Below, one piece after another: positions 48,889 to 58,123 of a stretch of 64,000 nucleotides of DNA (the stretch's first letter is position 1; each line of letters opens with the position of its first letter). Origin of the DNA: Candidatus Binatia bacterium (GTDB lineage: Bacteria > Methylomirabilota > Methylomirabilia > Rokubacteriales > CSP1-6); assembly GCA_035635995.1 (NCBI GenBank), contig DASPZZ010000251.1:1086-65085 (forward strand). The letters are read 5' to 3'. The notes beneath the pieces were generated by a model, which was not told where the DNA came from, ran no database searches, and was given only the letters and a program-made list of their open reading frames with translations. The translations under genes and the position numbers were made by a program.

Positions 48889-49686
48889 ATGCCCGAGCGT
48901 AAAGACACCTGGTCGAGCGGCGACGACTACGAGCCCTATGTGGGCCGCTGGAGCCGCCGGGTCGCCCGTGAGCTCATAGGCTGGCTCGACGTGCCCGCGG
49001 GCCTCCGTTGGCTCGACGTCGGATGCGGCACCGGCGCCTTGAGCGAGACCATCGTCGCGCGCTGCTCGCCGCACGCGGTCGTCGGCGTCGACCCGTCCGA
49101 GCAGTATCTGGAGTACGCCCGGGCGCGCGTGACCGACCCGCGGGTCAGCTTCCGTGTCGGCGACGCCCAGGCGCTGCCCGTCAAGGACGGCGACCACGAC
49201 GTCGCGGTCTCCGGGCTGGTGCTGAACTTCGTGCCGGACCAGCCGCAGGCGGTGGCCGAGATGAGGCGCTCGCTGGCGGCCGGCGGAACCATGGCGGCGT
49301 ACGTCTGGGACTACGCGGGCGAGATGCAGCTCATGCGCCGCTTCTGGGACGCGGCCGTCGCCCTCGATCCCGAGGCGCTCGAGCTCGACGAGGGGCGGCG
49401 GTTTCCGAGCGCCCGCCCCGCGCCGCTGGTCGAGCTCTTCGAGTCAGCCGGGCTGACGAACGTGCGCGTGCTCGCGATCGACGTTCCGACGGTCTTCAAG
49501 GACTTCGACGACTACTGGTCGCCCTTCCTCGGCGGTCAGGCGCCCGCACCCGGGTACTGCATGTCGCTCAGCGAGGAGCGGCGCGCCGCGCTCCGCGAGC
49601 GGATCCGGTCGACCATGCCGAGCCATCCCGACGGCAGCATTCACCTGATCGCCCGCGCCTGGGCGGTCCGCGGCCTGGTCGAATGA
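48889..49686 (+). CDS. class I SAM-dependent methyltransferase
   Basis: 265 aa. SAM motif I is WLDVGCGTGAL and the post-I motif is VVGVDPS. A strong RBS GAGGAGGAGG lies upstream. Confidence 0.85.
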   Translation: MPERKDTWSSGDDYEPYVGRWSRRVARELIGWLDVPAGLRWLDVGCGTGALSETIVARCSPHAVVGVDPSEQYLEYARARVTDPRVSFRVGDAQALPVKDGDHDVAVSGLVLNFVPDQPQAVAEMRRSLAAGGTMAAYVWDYAGEMQLMRRFWDAAVALDPEALELDEGRRFPSARPAPLVELFESAGLTNVRVLAIDVPTVFKDFDDYWSPFLGGQAPAPGYCMSLSEERRAALRERIRSTMPSHPDGSIHLIARAWAVRGLVE

Positions 49687-49700
49687 GGGGCTGATCGGCC

Positions 49701-51095
49701 GTGGTGATGGGCGACCTCCTCGTCGAGGTGGACGTGGCCGTCGTGGGTGGCGGCCCAGGCGGCTACTCGGCCGCATTCCGCTGCGCCGAGCTGGGGCTCG
49801 AGACGGTCGTCGTGGACGCCGGCAAGCGGCTCGGCGGCGCCTGCCTCTGGGAGGGCTGCATCCCGTCGAAGGCGCTGCTCCACGTCGCCGCGCTGATCGA
49901 GGACGCCGAGCGCGCTCGCGAGCTCGGCGTCGACTTCGGCGAGCCGCGCGTGTCGCTCGACCCGTTGCGCAAGTGGAAGGCCGAGCGGGTCGTCGGCCGG
50001 CTCGCGCGGGGTCTCGCGGCCGTCGCGAAGGCCAAGGGGGTCGAGGTGATCGGCGGCCGCGCGGTCTTCGAGAGCTCGCGCGAGCTGCGCGTCGAGGGTG
50101 ACGAGCCGCAGAAGGTGCGCTTCAAGCACGCGATCATCGCGACGGGCTCGGCGCCGGCCGGCCTGCCCGGCCTTGCGCTCTCGAGCGATCGCGTCATCGA
50201 CTCGACGGCGGCGCTCGAGCTCGGCGAGGTGCCGGAGCGGCTCCTCGTGATCGGCGGCGGCTACATCGGCCTCGAGCTGGGTCAGGTCTACGCCGCGCTG
50301 GGCAGTGAGATCACCCTCGCCGAGATGACCGATGGGCTCCTGCCGGGCGTGGACCGAGCGCTCGTCCAGCCGCTCGCCCGCCGATGCGAGAAGCTCTTCA
50401 CGAAGATTCGGCTGGGCACGAAGGTGACGTCGCTCCTCGAGAAAGGCTCGGCGATCGAGACGCGCTTCGACGGTAACGACGTCGCCCTCTTCGACCGCGT
50501 GCTGGTCGCGGTCGGCCGGCGTCCGGCGAGCGCCGGACTGGGCCTGGAGCACACGCGCGTGAGCGCCGACGCGCGCGGCTTCGTCTCCGTGGACGACCGC
50601 TGCCGGACGGCCGACCCCTCGATCTACGCCGTCGGCGACGTCACCGGCGAGCCGATGCTCGCCCACCGCGCGATGCGCCAGGGTAAGGTCGCCGCCGAGG
50701 TGATCGCGGGGCGCCCGGCGGCATTCGACAATGTCGTCGTCCCGGCGGTCGTGTTCACCGACCCCGAGGTCGCCTGGTGCGGGCTCACCGAGGCCGAGGC
50801 GGCGCGCGAGGGTCGCAAGGTCACGATCGCCAGGCGGGAGTGGGCCGCCTCGGGCCGCGCCCTGACGCTCGGGCGCAGCGACGGCCTGACGAAGCTCGTC
50901 GCGGACCCGGACTCCGGCCGCGTCCTCGGCGTCGGCATCGTGGGCCCTGGCGCCGGCGAGCTCATCGCCGAAGGGGCGCTCGCCATCGAGACCGCGCTCA
51001 CCGTCGAGGATCTCGCGGCGACGATCCACACCCACCCCACCCTCTCGGAGACGCTGATGGAGGCCGCCGAGTCGCTTCTGCGATCGGCTGGCTGA
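49701..51095 (+). CDS. lpdA: dihydrolipoyl dehydrogenase (E3)
   Basis: 464 aa with VVGGGPGGY, the redox-active GGACLWEGCIPSK and C-terminal HTHPTLSE. Confidence 0.92.
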   Translation: MVMGDLLVEVDVAVVGGGPGGYSAAFRCAELGLETVVVDAGKRLGGACLWEGCIPSKALLHVAALIEDAERARELGVDFGEPRVSLDPLRKWKAERVVGRLARGLAAVAKAKGVEVIGGRAVFESSRELRVEGDEPQKVRFKHAIIATGSAPAGLPGLALSSDRVIDSTAALELGEVPERLLVIGGGYIGLELGQVYAALGSEITLAEMTDGLLPGVDRALVQPLARRCEKLFTKIRLGTKVTSLLEKGSAIETRFDGNDVALFDRVLVAVGRRPASAGLGLEHTRVSADARGFVSVDDRCRTADPSIYAVGDVTGEPMLAHRAMRQGKVAAEVIAGRPAAFDNVVVPAVVFTDPEVAWCGLTEAEAAREGRKVTIARREWAASGRALTLGRSDGLTKLVADPDSGRVLGVGIVGPGAGELIAEGALAIETALTVEDLAATIHTHPTLSETLMEAAESLLRSAG

Positions 51096-51101
51096 GAAGG
51101 C

Positions 51102-51920
51102 CTACCGGACCACCTTACTGCCATCGGCGAAGAGATACGGCCCGTCGAAGTCGCCGATGTAGCTCGTGTGACTGACGAGGCCCGTGTCGGGGCGCCAGAC
51201 GTGGAGCTGGCACGCCGGCGGCTCCATGATGAACGTCAGGGGGTTGTCGTCCTCGAGGTCGAGCGCGACCTGGTGCGCGGTGCTCGGCGCCGTGCTCGCG
51301 AGCGTCCCGCCCACCCGCACCTGGATCGGACGGTGCAGGTGGCCGCACACGACGCGCTCGACCTGCGGATGCCGGCGCACGACCTCGGCGAACTCGCCGG
51401 CGTTCGCCAGACCGTGGCTGTCCATGTGCGCGATCCCCGTCACGAACGGCGGATGATGCATGAAGATGACGGTCGGACGCGTGGGAGCTTCGCTCAGGCG
51501 CGACGCGAGCCAGCCCAGACGCTCCGCGCAGAGCAGGCCGCCGACCTGGCCGGGCACGAGCGTGTCGAGCGCCACGAGCCTCACCGGATGATCCTCGACG
51601 ACGTACTGCATGAATCGACCGGCGCGCGGGAGGTACGCATGGTCGGTGAACGCGGCCGCGAGCGCGTCGCGATTGTCGTGGTTGCCCGGGATGAGGTAGA
51701 CCGGCATGGGGAGCGGCGCCAGCAAGTCGTGCAGGCGGCGGTACTCCCCGGGGCTTCCCGCATCGACGAGATCGCCGGTCGCCAGCACGACGTCGGGGCG
51801 CGGCCTCAACCCGAGCAGATGCGCGACGGCGCGCGCGAGGTAGGGCGCCGTGTCCACGCGCCCGTACGCGAGGACGCCTTCGGGCCTGATGTGCATGTCG
51901 GTGATCTGGGCGATGATCAT
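51102..51920 (-). CDS. metallophosphoesterase, GpdQ/CpdA-like phosphodiesterase
   Basis: 272 aa with ITDMH, TGDLVD, GNHD, MHHPP and GHLH. Confidence 0.85.
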   Translation of the reverse strand: MIIAQITDMHIRPEGVLAYGRVDTAPYLARAVAHLLGLRPRPDVVLATGDLVDAGSPGEYRRLHDLLAPLPMPVYLIPGNHDNRDALAAAFTDHAYLPRAGRFMQYVVEDHPVRLVALDTLVPGQVGGLLCAERLGWLASRLSEAPTRPTVIFMHHPPFVTGIAHMDSHGLANAGEFAEVVRRHPQVERVVCGHLHRPIQVRVGGTLASTAPSTAHQVALDLEDDNPLTFIMEPPACQLHVWRPDTGLVSHTSYIGDFDGPYLFADGSKVVR

Positions 51921-51970
51921 GGCATCAGGATAGCCCCTGGCGCGCCCGGAGGGGAGAGGATCGCGAGCCC

Positions 51971-53161
51971 GTGACGTCGCGGTGGCCGATCCTCACGCTC
52001 GTGACGCTCGCCCACGCCCTCGGCGCGCTCACCGCCCTGGCGGTGGCCCCGCTGGCGCCGTTTCTCCTCGAGTCGCTCGCGCTCTCCCGCGTGCAGGTCG
52101 GGCTCTTCCTGCCGGCGGTCTATCTGGGTGGCGTGCTGATGGCGCTCCCGGCGGGCTGGCTCACCGACCGCCTGGGCGTCCGTCTCACGCTGGCGCTCGG
52201 CCAGCTCATCGTCGGCGCCATGATCACGCTGGCGGCCGCGAGCCCGAGCCTCGCCGTGCTCCTCACGCTGCTGGTCCTCGGCGGATTCGGCTTCAGCGTG
52301 TTGAATCCCGCGACCGGCCGGGCCGTGGTGGAGTGGTTTCCGCCGCGCGAGCGCGGCATGGCGATGGGGATCAAGCAGACCGGGCTCACGCTCGGCGGGC
52401 TCGCCGCCGCGCTGGTGCTGCCCCCGATCGCTCTGGCCTGGAGCTGGCGACAGGCACTCGTCGTTGCGGGCACACTCTCGCTCGTCTCGGCGGCGCTCGT
52501 CGCGGTCCTCTATCGCCGCAGTCCCACCGTGTCGATCACGCCCGCCGTCGACGGGCCGCGGCTCTCGGAGCTCGGCGTGTTCCTCAGGCGCCGGCCGATT
52601 CTCGTCGTCTTCGGCTGCGGGCTCGCGCTCTCGATCGCCCAGTCCTCGCTCCTGGCCTATCTCGTCCTCTACGCCAAGGACACTTTCGACGTCTCCGCGG
52701 TGCGGGCGGCGCAGTTCCTCGCCCTGGCGCAGATCGGCGGCACGGTCAGCCGCGTGCTGTGGGGGGTGGCCTCGGACCGCTCCTTCGGCGGCCGGCGCCG
52801 ACCGGGCGTCGTCGCGAGCGCGGCGATCGGCGCCGTCTCGTACGCCACGCTCGCCGTCGGCACCCTGCTACCGGCATGGCTCATGGTTCCCCTCGCCCTG
52901 GTCGCCGGCGCCGGGGCCTTCGGCTGGGTCGGGCTCTACTTCGCTCTCGTGGCCGAGATCGGCGGGCCGCGCTACGCCGGCCTCCTCACCGGCGCCGCCA
53001 CCGCCTGCTCGTGGAGCGGCACCCTCATCGGCCCGCCGATATTCGGCGTCGTGCTCGAAGTCACCGGCGACTACACGGTACCGTGGCTCATCCTGACCGC
53101 GGTCGCGCTGGTGGTCGTGATCGCGCTCCCGCGCCTCTCCCCGCTCGTGCAGCGTGGCTGA
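51971..53161 (+). CDS. MFS transporter
   Basis: 396-aa, 12-TM-like protein with the loop 2-3 motif GWLTDRLGVR. Confidence 0.85.
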   Translation: MTSRWPILTLVTLAHALGALTALAVAPLAPFLLESLALSRVQVGLFLPAVYLGGVLMALPAGWLTDRLGVRLTLALGQLIVGAMITLAAASPSLAVLLTLLVLGGFGFSVLNPATGRAVVEWFPPRERGMAMGIKQTGLTLGGLAAALVLPPIALAWSWRQALVVAGTLSLVSAALVAVLYRRSPTVSITPAVDGPRLSELGVFLRRRPILVVFGCGLALSIAQSSLLAYLVLYAKDTFDVSAVRAAQFLALAQIGGTVSRVLWGVASDRSFGGRRRPGVVASAAIGAVSYATLAVGTLLPAWLMVPLALVAGAGAFGWVGLYFALVAEIGGPRYAGLLTGAATACSWSGTLIGPPIFGVVLEVTGDYTVPWLILTAVALVVVIALPRLSPLVQRG

Positions 53162-53199
53162 GCCGCACTGTGGCAAACTGAGTACTCGAGAGAACCCAC

Positions 53200-53844
53200 G
53201 TGCCGGAAGATCGCGTCATCCTCGTGACCGGGTTCGAGCCGTTCGGGGCTCACACCGTCAATCCCTCCGAGGGGCTCGCCAAGGCCGTCGACGGACGCCG
53301 CGTCGGCGCCTTCGGCATCGTCGGCACGGTGCTGCCCGTTCATCACGCCGACGCCGCCCGGCGACTCACCGCGATGCTCGCGGAGACGAGGCCTGCGTCC
53401 GTGGTCCACCTCGGCCTCGCAGGGGGGCGGGCGCGTGTCGCGCTCGAGCGCGTCGCGGTGAACGTCATGGACTACGAGCTGCCGGACAACGCGGGTTTTC
53501 GGGCGAGCGGAGAGTCGTGCGTCCCCGGCGGGCCGGCGGCGTACTTCTCGACCCTGCCGCTCGCCGCGATGCTGAAGGGGCTCGTCGACGAAGGCGTTCC
53601 GGCGTACGCGTCGAACACCGCCGGGACCTATCTCTGCAATCAGACTCTCTACTGGACGCTCCACGCCGTGCGCGACCAGGCTCGCCCGCCCAGGGTCGGC
53701 TTTATTCACTTTCCGCTCCTTCCGTCGATGGTCGCCGCCTCGGGGCTGGAGCAGCCCAGCATGGATTTTCCGCTCATGCTCCGCGCGGTGGAGACGGTGC
53801 TGGGCGTGATCGCGCGCGCGAATGACCAGGCAGTCCGGGTCTAA
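53200..53844 (+). CDS. pcp: pyroglutamyl-peptidase I
   Basis: 214 aa with ILVTGFEPFG, and SNTAGTYLCN containing the catalytic Cys. GTG start. Confidence 0.88.
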   Translation: MPEDRVILVTGFEPFGAHTVNPSEGLAKAVDGRRVGAFGIVGTVLPVHHADAARRLTAMLAETRPASVVHLGLAGGRARVALERVAVNVMDYELPDNAGFRASGESCVPGGPAAYFSTLPLAAMLKGLVDEGVPAYASNTAGTYLCNQTLYWTLHAVRDQARPPRVGFIHFPLLPSMVAASGLEQPSMDFPLMLRAVETVLGVIARANDQAVRV

Positions 53845-54181
53845 AAAGTCCGGGTCCAAAAACACCCGGTATCTCTACCTGACGACGACGGGACGGCGTA
53901 CGGGCCAGCCGCGCGAGATCGAGATCTGGTTCACCCGCCACGACGGCCGCTTCTATCTGGTCGCCGAGCATCGCGAGCGGGCGCAGTGGGTACGGAATCT
54001 CCGGGCTCTCCCACACGTCGGGGTCCGCGTGGGCACGCGGAGGTTCTCAGCGCAGGCGCGGGTGATCGACGCGAGGGCCGAGCCCAAGCTCGCTCGGGCG
54101 GTGAGGGCGCTCTCGGAGAAGAAGTATGGATGGGGCAACGGCCTCGCGGTCGAGCTGACCCCGGCGGCGATGAACGCGTGA
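53822..54181 (+). CDS. nitroreductase/deazaflavin-dependent (DUF385, Ddn-like) family protein
   Basis: 119 aa with LTTTGRRTGQPREIEIWF and AQWVRNLRALPHVGVRV. Confidence 0.75.
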   Translation: MTRQSGSKKSGSKNTRYLYLTTTGRRTGQPREIEIWFTRHDGRFYLVAEHRERAQWVRNLRALPHVGVRVGTRRFSAQARVIDARAEPKLARAVRALSEKKYGWGNGLAVELTPAAMNA

Positions 54182-54891
54182 AGGCGCTCCTGTTCGACCT
54201 CGACGACACGCTGCTCGACTACTCCGGAGGCGTGAACCGGAGCTGGACGGAGGCGTGCACCGCGTGCTGCGCTCCCGCCAGCTTCGATGCCGCCGCGCTC
54301 GTCGCCGCCATCGCCGACACCCGGCGATGGTTCTGGGACGATCCGGAGCGCCACCGCCGGGAGCGCGTGAACATGCTCGGCGCCTGGCAGCACATCGTGG
54401 AGTTCGCCCTCGAGCGCCTCGGCCAGCCCGTCGCGGGCCTCGCGGCGACCGTCGCCCGCGACTACGCCGCGCGACGGCAGGCCGCGATGCGCCTGTTCCC
54501 CGACGCCCTCGCCTGCCTGGCGGAGCTCCGGCGGCGCGGCATACCGCTGGCGCTCGTCACGAACGGCGACGCCACCCAGCAGCGCGACAAGATCGAGCGT
54601 CACGACCTCGCGCGCTTCTTCGATGCGATCCTGATCGAGGGCGAGTTCGGGGTGGGCAAGCCGGACGAGGCGGTGTACCGGCACGCCCTACGGGCGCTCG
54701 GCACGGCCCCGGGCCAGGCGTCGATGGTCGGCGATCATCTCGAGTGGGACGTGGGCGCGCCGCAGCGCCTCGGGCTCACGGGCGTGTGGATGGATCGCGG
54801 TGGGCTCGGGCTGCCGCAGGACAGCGCGGTACGCCCGCACCGGATCATCCGCTCGCTCGACGAGCTAACGGCGCCCGGGGGCGGCGGCTAG
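54178..54891 (+). CDS. HAD-family hydrolase
   Basis: 237 aa from GTG 54178 (GTGA overlap with the upstream stop). Motif I is LLFDLDDTLL, motif II is LVTNG, and the later motif is GKPD...MVGD. Confidence 0.85.
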   Translation: MKALLFDLDDTLLDYSGGVNRSWTEACTACCAPASFDAAALVAAIADTRRWFWDDPERHRRERVNMLGAWQHIVEFALERLGQPVAGLAATVARDYAARRQAAMRLFPDALACLAELRRRGIPLALVTNGDATQQRDKIERHDLARFFDAILIEGEFGVGKPDEAVYRHALRALGTAPGQASMVGDHLEWDVGAPQRLGLTGVWMDRGGLGLPQDSAVRPHRIIRSLDELTAPGGGG

Positions 54892-55124
54892 CGGCGGCCG
54901 TGGACGATGTCGCACCAGCGCCGGTTGTCGTCGCCGCCGGCCTCGGCGCTTCCCGAGAGGTACGCGGATGCGGTCACCACTTCGTCGTCGGCGCCGTCTC
55001 GCGCCGGAGAGTGGGATTCGCACCAGCGCACGTCGAGAATCTCCTGGCTCGGGTCGGCATCGGGCTCACAACCAGGACAGTAGGCGCGGGCGACACACGG
55101 GGTGTCCGGAAGGTAGTCCGTCAC
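54888..55124 (-). CDS. hypothetical small acidic Cys-containing protein
   Basis: 78 aa (C10, C16-x2-C19, C35, C71; CPGCEPD, RWCESH, RWCDIVH). The GTG start overlaps the stop of a 10-codon leader ORF. A sigma70-like promoter lies upstream. No family recognised. Confidence 0.4.
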   Translation of the reverse strand: MTDYLPDTPCVARAYCPGCEPDADPSQEILDVRWCESHSPARDGADDEVVTASAYLSGSAEAGGDDNRRWCDIVHGRR

Positions 55125-55164
55125 CGGTTTATGGCGAGAATCTGCATCGCCATTCCTTTCTCAT

Positions 55165-55194
55165 ATTAGAGTAGCCACCCCCCCACCCTTGCAA
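55165..55194 (-). promoter_or_regulatory. candidate sigma70-type promoter for the leader ORF and the small Cys-containing gene
   Basis: The minus strand reads TTGCAA (55194-55189), an 18-nt spacer, then TCTAAT (55170-55165). These are followed by GAAAGGAA and ATG 55153 of a 10-codon ORF (MAMQILAINR) whose TGA overlaps the GTG at 55124. Confidence 0.4.
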
Positions 55195-55446
55195 TATTTA
55201 AACCGCCTGGCGCGCCGCGGGATCCCGGCGACGATCCGTGCCGAGGCAAGCGATTTCAGGCTGATGCACACGGGCAGGAAGTCCTGGAAAAGTCCTTACC
55301 GCAATGAAAGCCTTACATGGTGCGCCGAAATCGGGCCTTCCGGACCGGGGGCATGACGGAAATGTCAGCAGGCATGGGACTGCCTGACATTGAGTGGCTT
55401 GGGCCGCGGCGTTTAACGTAGACTCCTCCTTGCGACGCCTGGGACG

Positions 55447-56751
55447 ATGCCTTCCAAGGATTCGACGGCCGGCGACCATTTCGTAATCGAGGGTGGGCAC
55501 CCGATCGGCGGAGACGTGACGCCGAGCGGGAACAAGAACGAGGCCCTGCCCCTCCTGGCCGCATCACTCCTCGCCTCGGGGAGCGTCGTGATCGAGAACG
55601 TGCCCCGCATCCGCGACGTCACGACGCTGATCGACCTCGTTCGCGGCCTCGGCGTCTCGGTCGACTGGTCAGGGGAGCACGCGGTCACGCTCGACGCCGG
55701 GAGGCTTCGCGAGTCGCGCCCGGACGCGGCGCTGGCCTCCGAGATCCGGGCCTCGTTCCTCCTCGCCGCGCCCCTCCTCGCGCGCACCGGGCTCGCGGTG
55801 CTGCCGCGGCCGGGTGGAGACAAGATCGGCCGGCGGCGGCTCGACACCCATCTCCTCGCCCTGCGGGAGCTCGGCGCCCGGATCACCCTCGACGACGCCT
55901 ACTACCACCTCGAGCTCACCGGACGCTTCCGGGGCGCCGAGGTGTTCCTCGACGAGGCCAGCGTCACCGGGACGGAGACCGCGGTCATGGCGGCCGCGAC
56001 GGCCGAGGGGAGCACCCGGCTGCTGAACGCGGCCTCGGAGCCTCACGTGCAAGGGCTGTGTCATGCCCTGAACGCGATGGGCGCCCGGATCACCGGGATC
56101 GGCAGCAACGTCCTCGAGATCGCCGGGGTCGGCGCGCTGCACCCGGCCCGGCACCGCGTCGGGCCGGATCACATCGAGGTCGGTTCCTTCGTCGCCGTCG
56201 CCGCGATGACCGGCGGCGAGCTTCGCGTGCGAGAGGTGGCGCCGGACCACCTGCGGATGATCCGCCTGGTGTTCGCCCGGCTCGGCGTGGAAACCTTGAT
56301 CGAGGGCACCACGCTGCAGGTCCCCGCGGCGCAGAAGCGGGCCATCGTCTCGGACGTCGATGGCGGAATCGCGAAGGTCGATGATGCCCCGTGGCCCGGC
56401 TTCCCGGCCGATCTCACGCCGCTGGCTTTGGTGCTCGCGACCCAGTGCGACGGGACGGTGCTCATCCACGAGAAGCTGTTCGAGAGCCGCCTGTTCTTCG
56501 TCGACAGCCTGATCGCGATGGGCGCCCGGATCGTCCTCAGCGATCCCCACCGGGCGCTCGTGATCGGCCCGAGCCGTCTTCACGGCGCGACCATCGTCTC
56601 GCCCGACATCCGCGCCGGGATGGCCCTGATCGCCGCGGCGCTCGCGGCTCACGGCCGCTCCGTCATCCGCAACGTCCAGCAGGTGGACCGCGGGTACGAG
56701 CGCATCGACGCGCGCCTGCAACGCCTCGGCGCCCGGCTCGTGCGCGAGTGA
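55447..56751 (+). CDS. murA: UDP-N-acetylglucosamine 1-carboxyvinyltransferase with Asp at the catalytic Cys position
   Basis: 434 aa, collinear with MurA ([48 protein letters not shown]). The active-site loop reads [17 protein letters not shown] where E. coli has LPGGCTIGARPVDLH. Confidence 0.85.
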   Translation: MPSKDSTAGDHFVIEGGHPIGGDVTPSGNKNEALPLLAASLLASGSVVIENVPRIRDVTTLIDLVRGLGVSVDWSGEHAVTLDAGRLRESRPDAALASEIRASFLLAAPLLARTGLAVLPRPGGDKIGRRRLDTHLLALRELGARITLDDAYYHLELTGRFRGAEVFLDEASVTGTETAVMAAATAEGSTRLLNAASEPHVQGLCHALNAMGARITGIGSNVLEIAGVGALHPARHRVGPDHIEVGSFVAVAAMTGGELRVREVAPDHLRMIRLVFARLGVETLIEGTTLQVPAAQKRAIVSDVDGGIAKVDDAPWPGFPADLTPLALVLATQCDGTVLIHEKLFESRLFFVDSLIAMGARIVLSDPHRALVIGPSRLHGATIVSPDIRAGMALIAAALAAHGRSVIRNVQQVDRGYERIDARLQRLGARLVRE

Positions 56752-56797
56752 CCGGAAGCCAATCTTTCACCCACGAGCACTGACAAGGAGTCCATGC

Positions 56798-58123
56798 ATG
56801 CGTGGCATCAAGCTTCGCGGAGGGTGCTTCGGAACGATCATCGGCGTCCTGGCTCTCGCCGTCGTCGGGGCGCTTCCGGCCGGCGCCGACGAGACGTGCA
56901 ACTCGCCCTACATGGGCAACCTGATCAAGGGGCAAGAGGACTACCTGTACGTGTGGGTGCTCGGAGTGAAAGGGATGGGCGACGGCTCCGACAAGCTCGT
57001 CACGCTCGACGTGAACCCGGCGTCGAGTCGCTACGGCAAGGTGATCCACAAAGTGTCGGTGCGTGGCCGCGGCGAGGCCCATCACATGGGCTTCACCGAC
57101 GACCGGCGCCATCTCTGGGCCGGCGGCCTCGACAGCAGCCGCATCTCGGTCTTCGACGTCGGCAGCGACCCCGCGCGCCCCAAGCTCGTGCAGACGATCG
57201 CCGACATGCCGATCAAGACCGGCTACGTCGGCCCGCACACGTTCTACGCCATGCCCGGTCGGATGCTCGTCCAGGGTCTGTCCAACACCAAGGATGGGGG
57301 CGGGGCGACGGGGATGGCGCTCTACAGCAACAAGGGTGAGCTGATCGCCACCTATCCGATGCCCGCCACGGCCGGCGGCGACGGCTACGGCTACGACGTC
57401 GCGATCAATCCCCAGAAGAACGTACTGCTGACGTCGAGCTTCACCGGACGCAAGAACTACATGCGCGCGCTCGGCGACCTGGTGAAGGACGCCGAGGCCA
57501 TGAAGCGCTTCGGCAACACGATGGTGGTCTGGGACCTCAAGGCGATGAAGTCCAAGAAGGTCCTGAGCGTGCCCGGCGCGCCGCTCGAGATCCGCTGGTC
57601 GCTCAAGGACGGCGACAGCTGGGCGATCACCGCCACGGCCCTCACCTCGAAGCTCTGGCTCGTCAAGCCGGACGCCTCCGGCGAGTGGCAGGCGAAGGAG
57701 GTCGGCGTCATCGGCGACCCGGCCAAGATCCTCCTGCCGGTGGACATCAGCATCAACAAGGACGGGAGCGGGCTCTGGGTCAACACGTTCATGGACGGAA
57801 AGACCCGCTACTTCGACCTGTCCAACCCGGAGCAGCCGCGGCAGACCTACGAGCGAGTCACCGGCAAGCAGGTCAACATGATCTCGCAGAGCTGGGACGG
57901 GACGCGCGTCTACATCGCCTCCTCGCTCCTGGCGAACTGGGACAAGGGCGGCGCGGACGACGAGCAGTTCGTCCGGGGCTTCGGGTGGGACGGCAAGGAG
58001 CTCAAGCCCGCCTTCGAGATCGACTTCTACAAGGAGAAGCTCGGCCGCGCGCACCACATGAAGCTCGGCTCGAAGGCGATGAAGGCCGCGTATGGACTCG
58101 AGCGCACCGCCACGCTCCGCTGA
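56798..58123 (+). CDS. selenium-binding protein 56 (SBP56) family protein, methanethiol oxidase-like, secreted
   Basis: 441 aa with an N-terminal signal sequence. The SBP56 pattern holds throughout (YLYVW...KLVTLDV, GEAHHMGF, GPHTFYA, GYGYDVAINP, VVWDL, ISQSWDG). AAGGAG RBS upstream. Confidence 0.8.
   Translation: MRGIKLRGGCFGTIIGVLALAVVGALPAGADETCNSPYMGNLIKGQEDYLYVWVLGVKGMGDGSDKLVTLDVNPASSRYGKVIHKVSVRGRGEAHHMGFTDDRRHLWAGGLDSSRISVFDVGSDPARPKLVQTIADMPIKTGYVGPHTFYAMPGRMLVQGLSNTKDGGGATGMALYSNKGELIATYPMPATAGGDGYGYDVAINPQKNVLLTSSFTGRKNYMRALGDLVKDAEAMKRFGNTMVVWDLKAMKSKKVLSVPGAPLEIRWSLKDGDSWAITATALTSKLWLVKPDASGEWQAKEVGVIGDPAKILLPVDISINKDGSGLWVNTFMDGKTRYFDLSNPEQPRQTYERVTGKQVNMISQSWDGTRVYIASSLLANWDKGGADDEQFVRGFGWDGKELKPAFEIDFYKEKLGRAHHMKLGSKAMKAAYGLERTATLR

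Noticed and set aside
55279-55297. Direct repeat AAGTCCT(G/T) x2, checked as a possible CRISPR or tandem array
   Set aside because: There are only two short copies with a 4-nt spacer, no further periodicity and no cas genes in the window. I kept it only as a possible protein-binding site inside the intergenic finding.
55330-55352. GGUCCGGAAGG motif on the minus strand, reminiscent of the SRP RNA (4.5S) domain IV core
   Set aside because: The flanking sequence does not continue with the conserved AAGCAGCC/symmetric-loop partner. No matching 5-prime/3-prime helix of SRP RNA could be drawn. I therefore report the region only as a generic candidate RNA.
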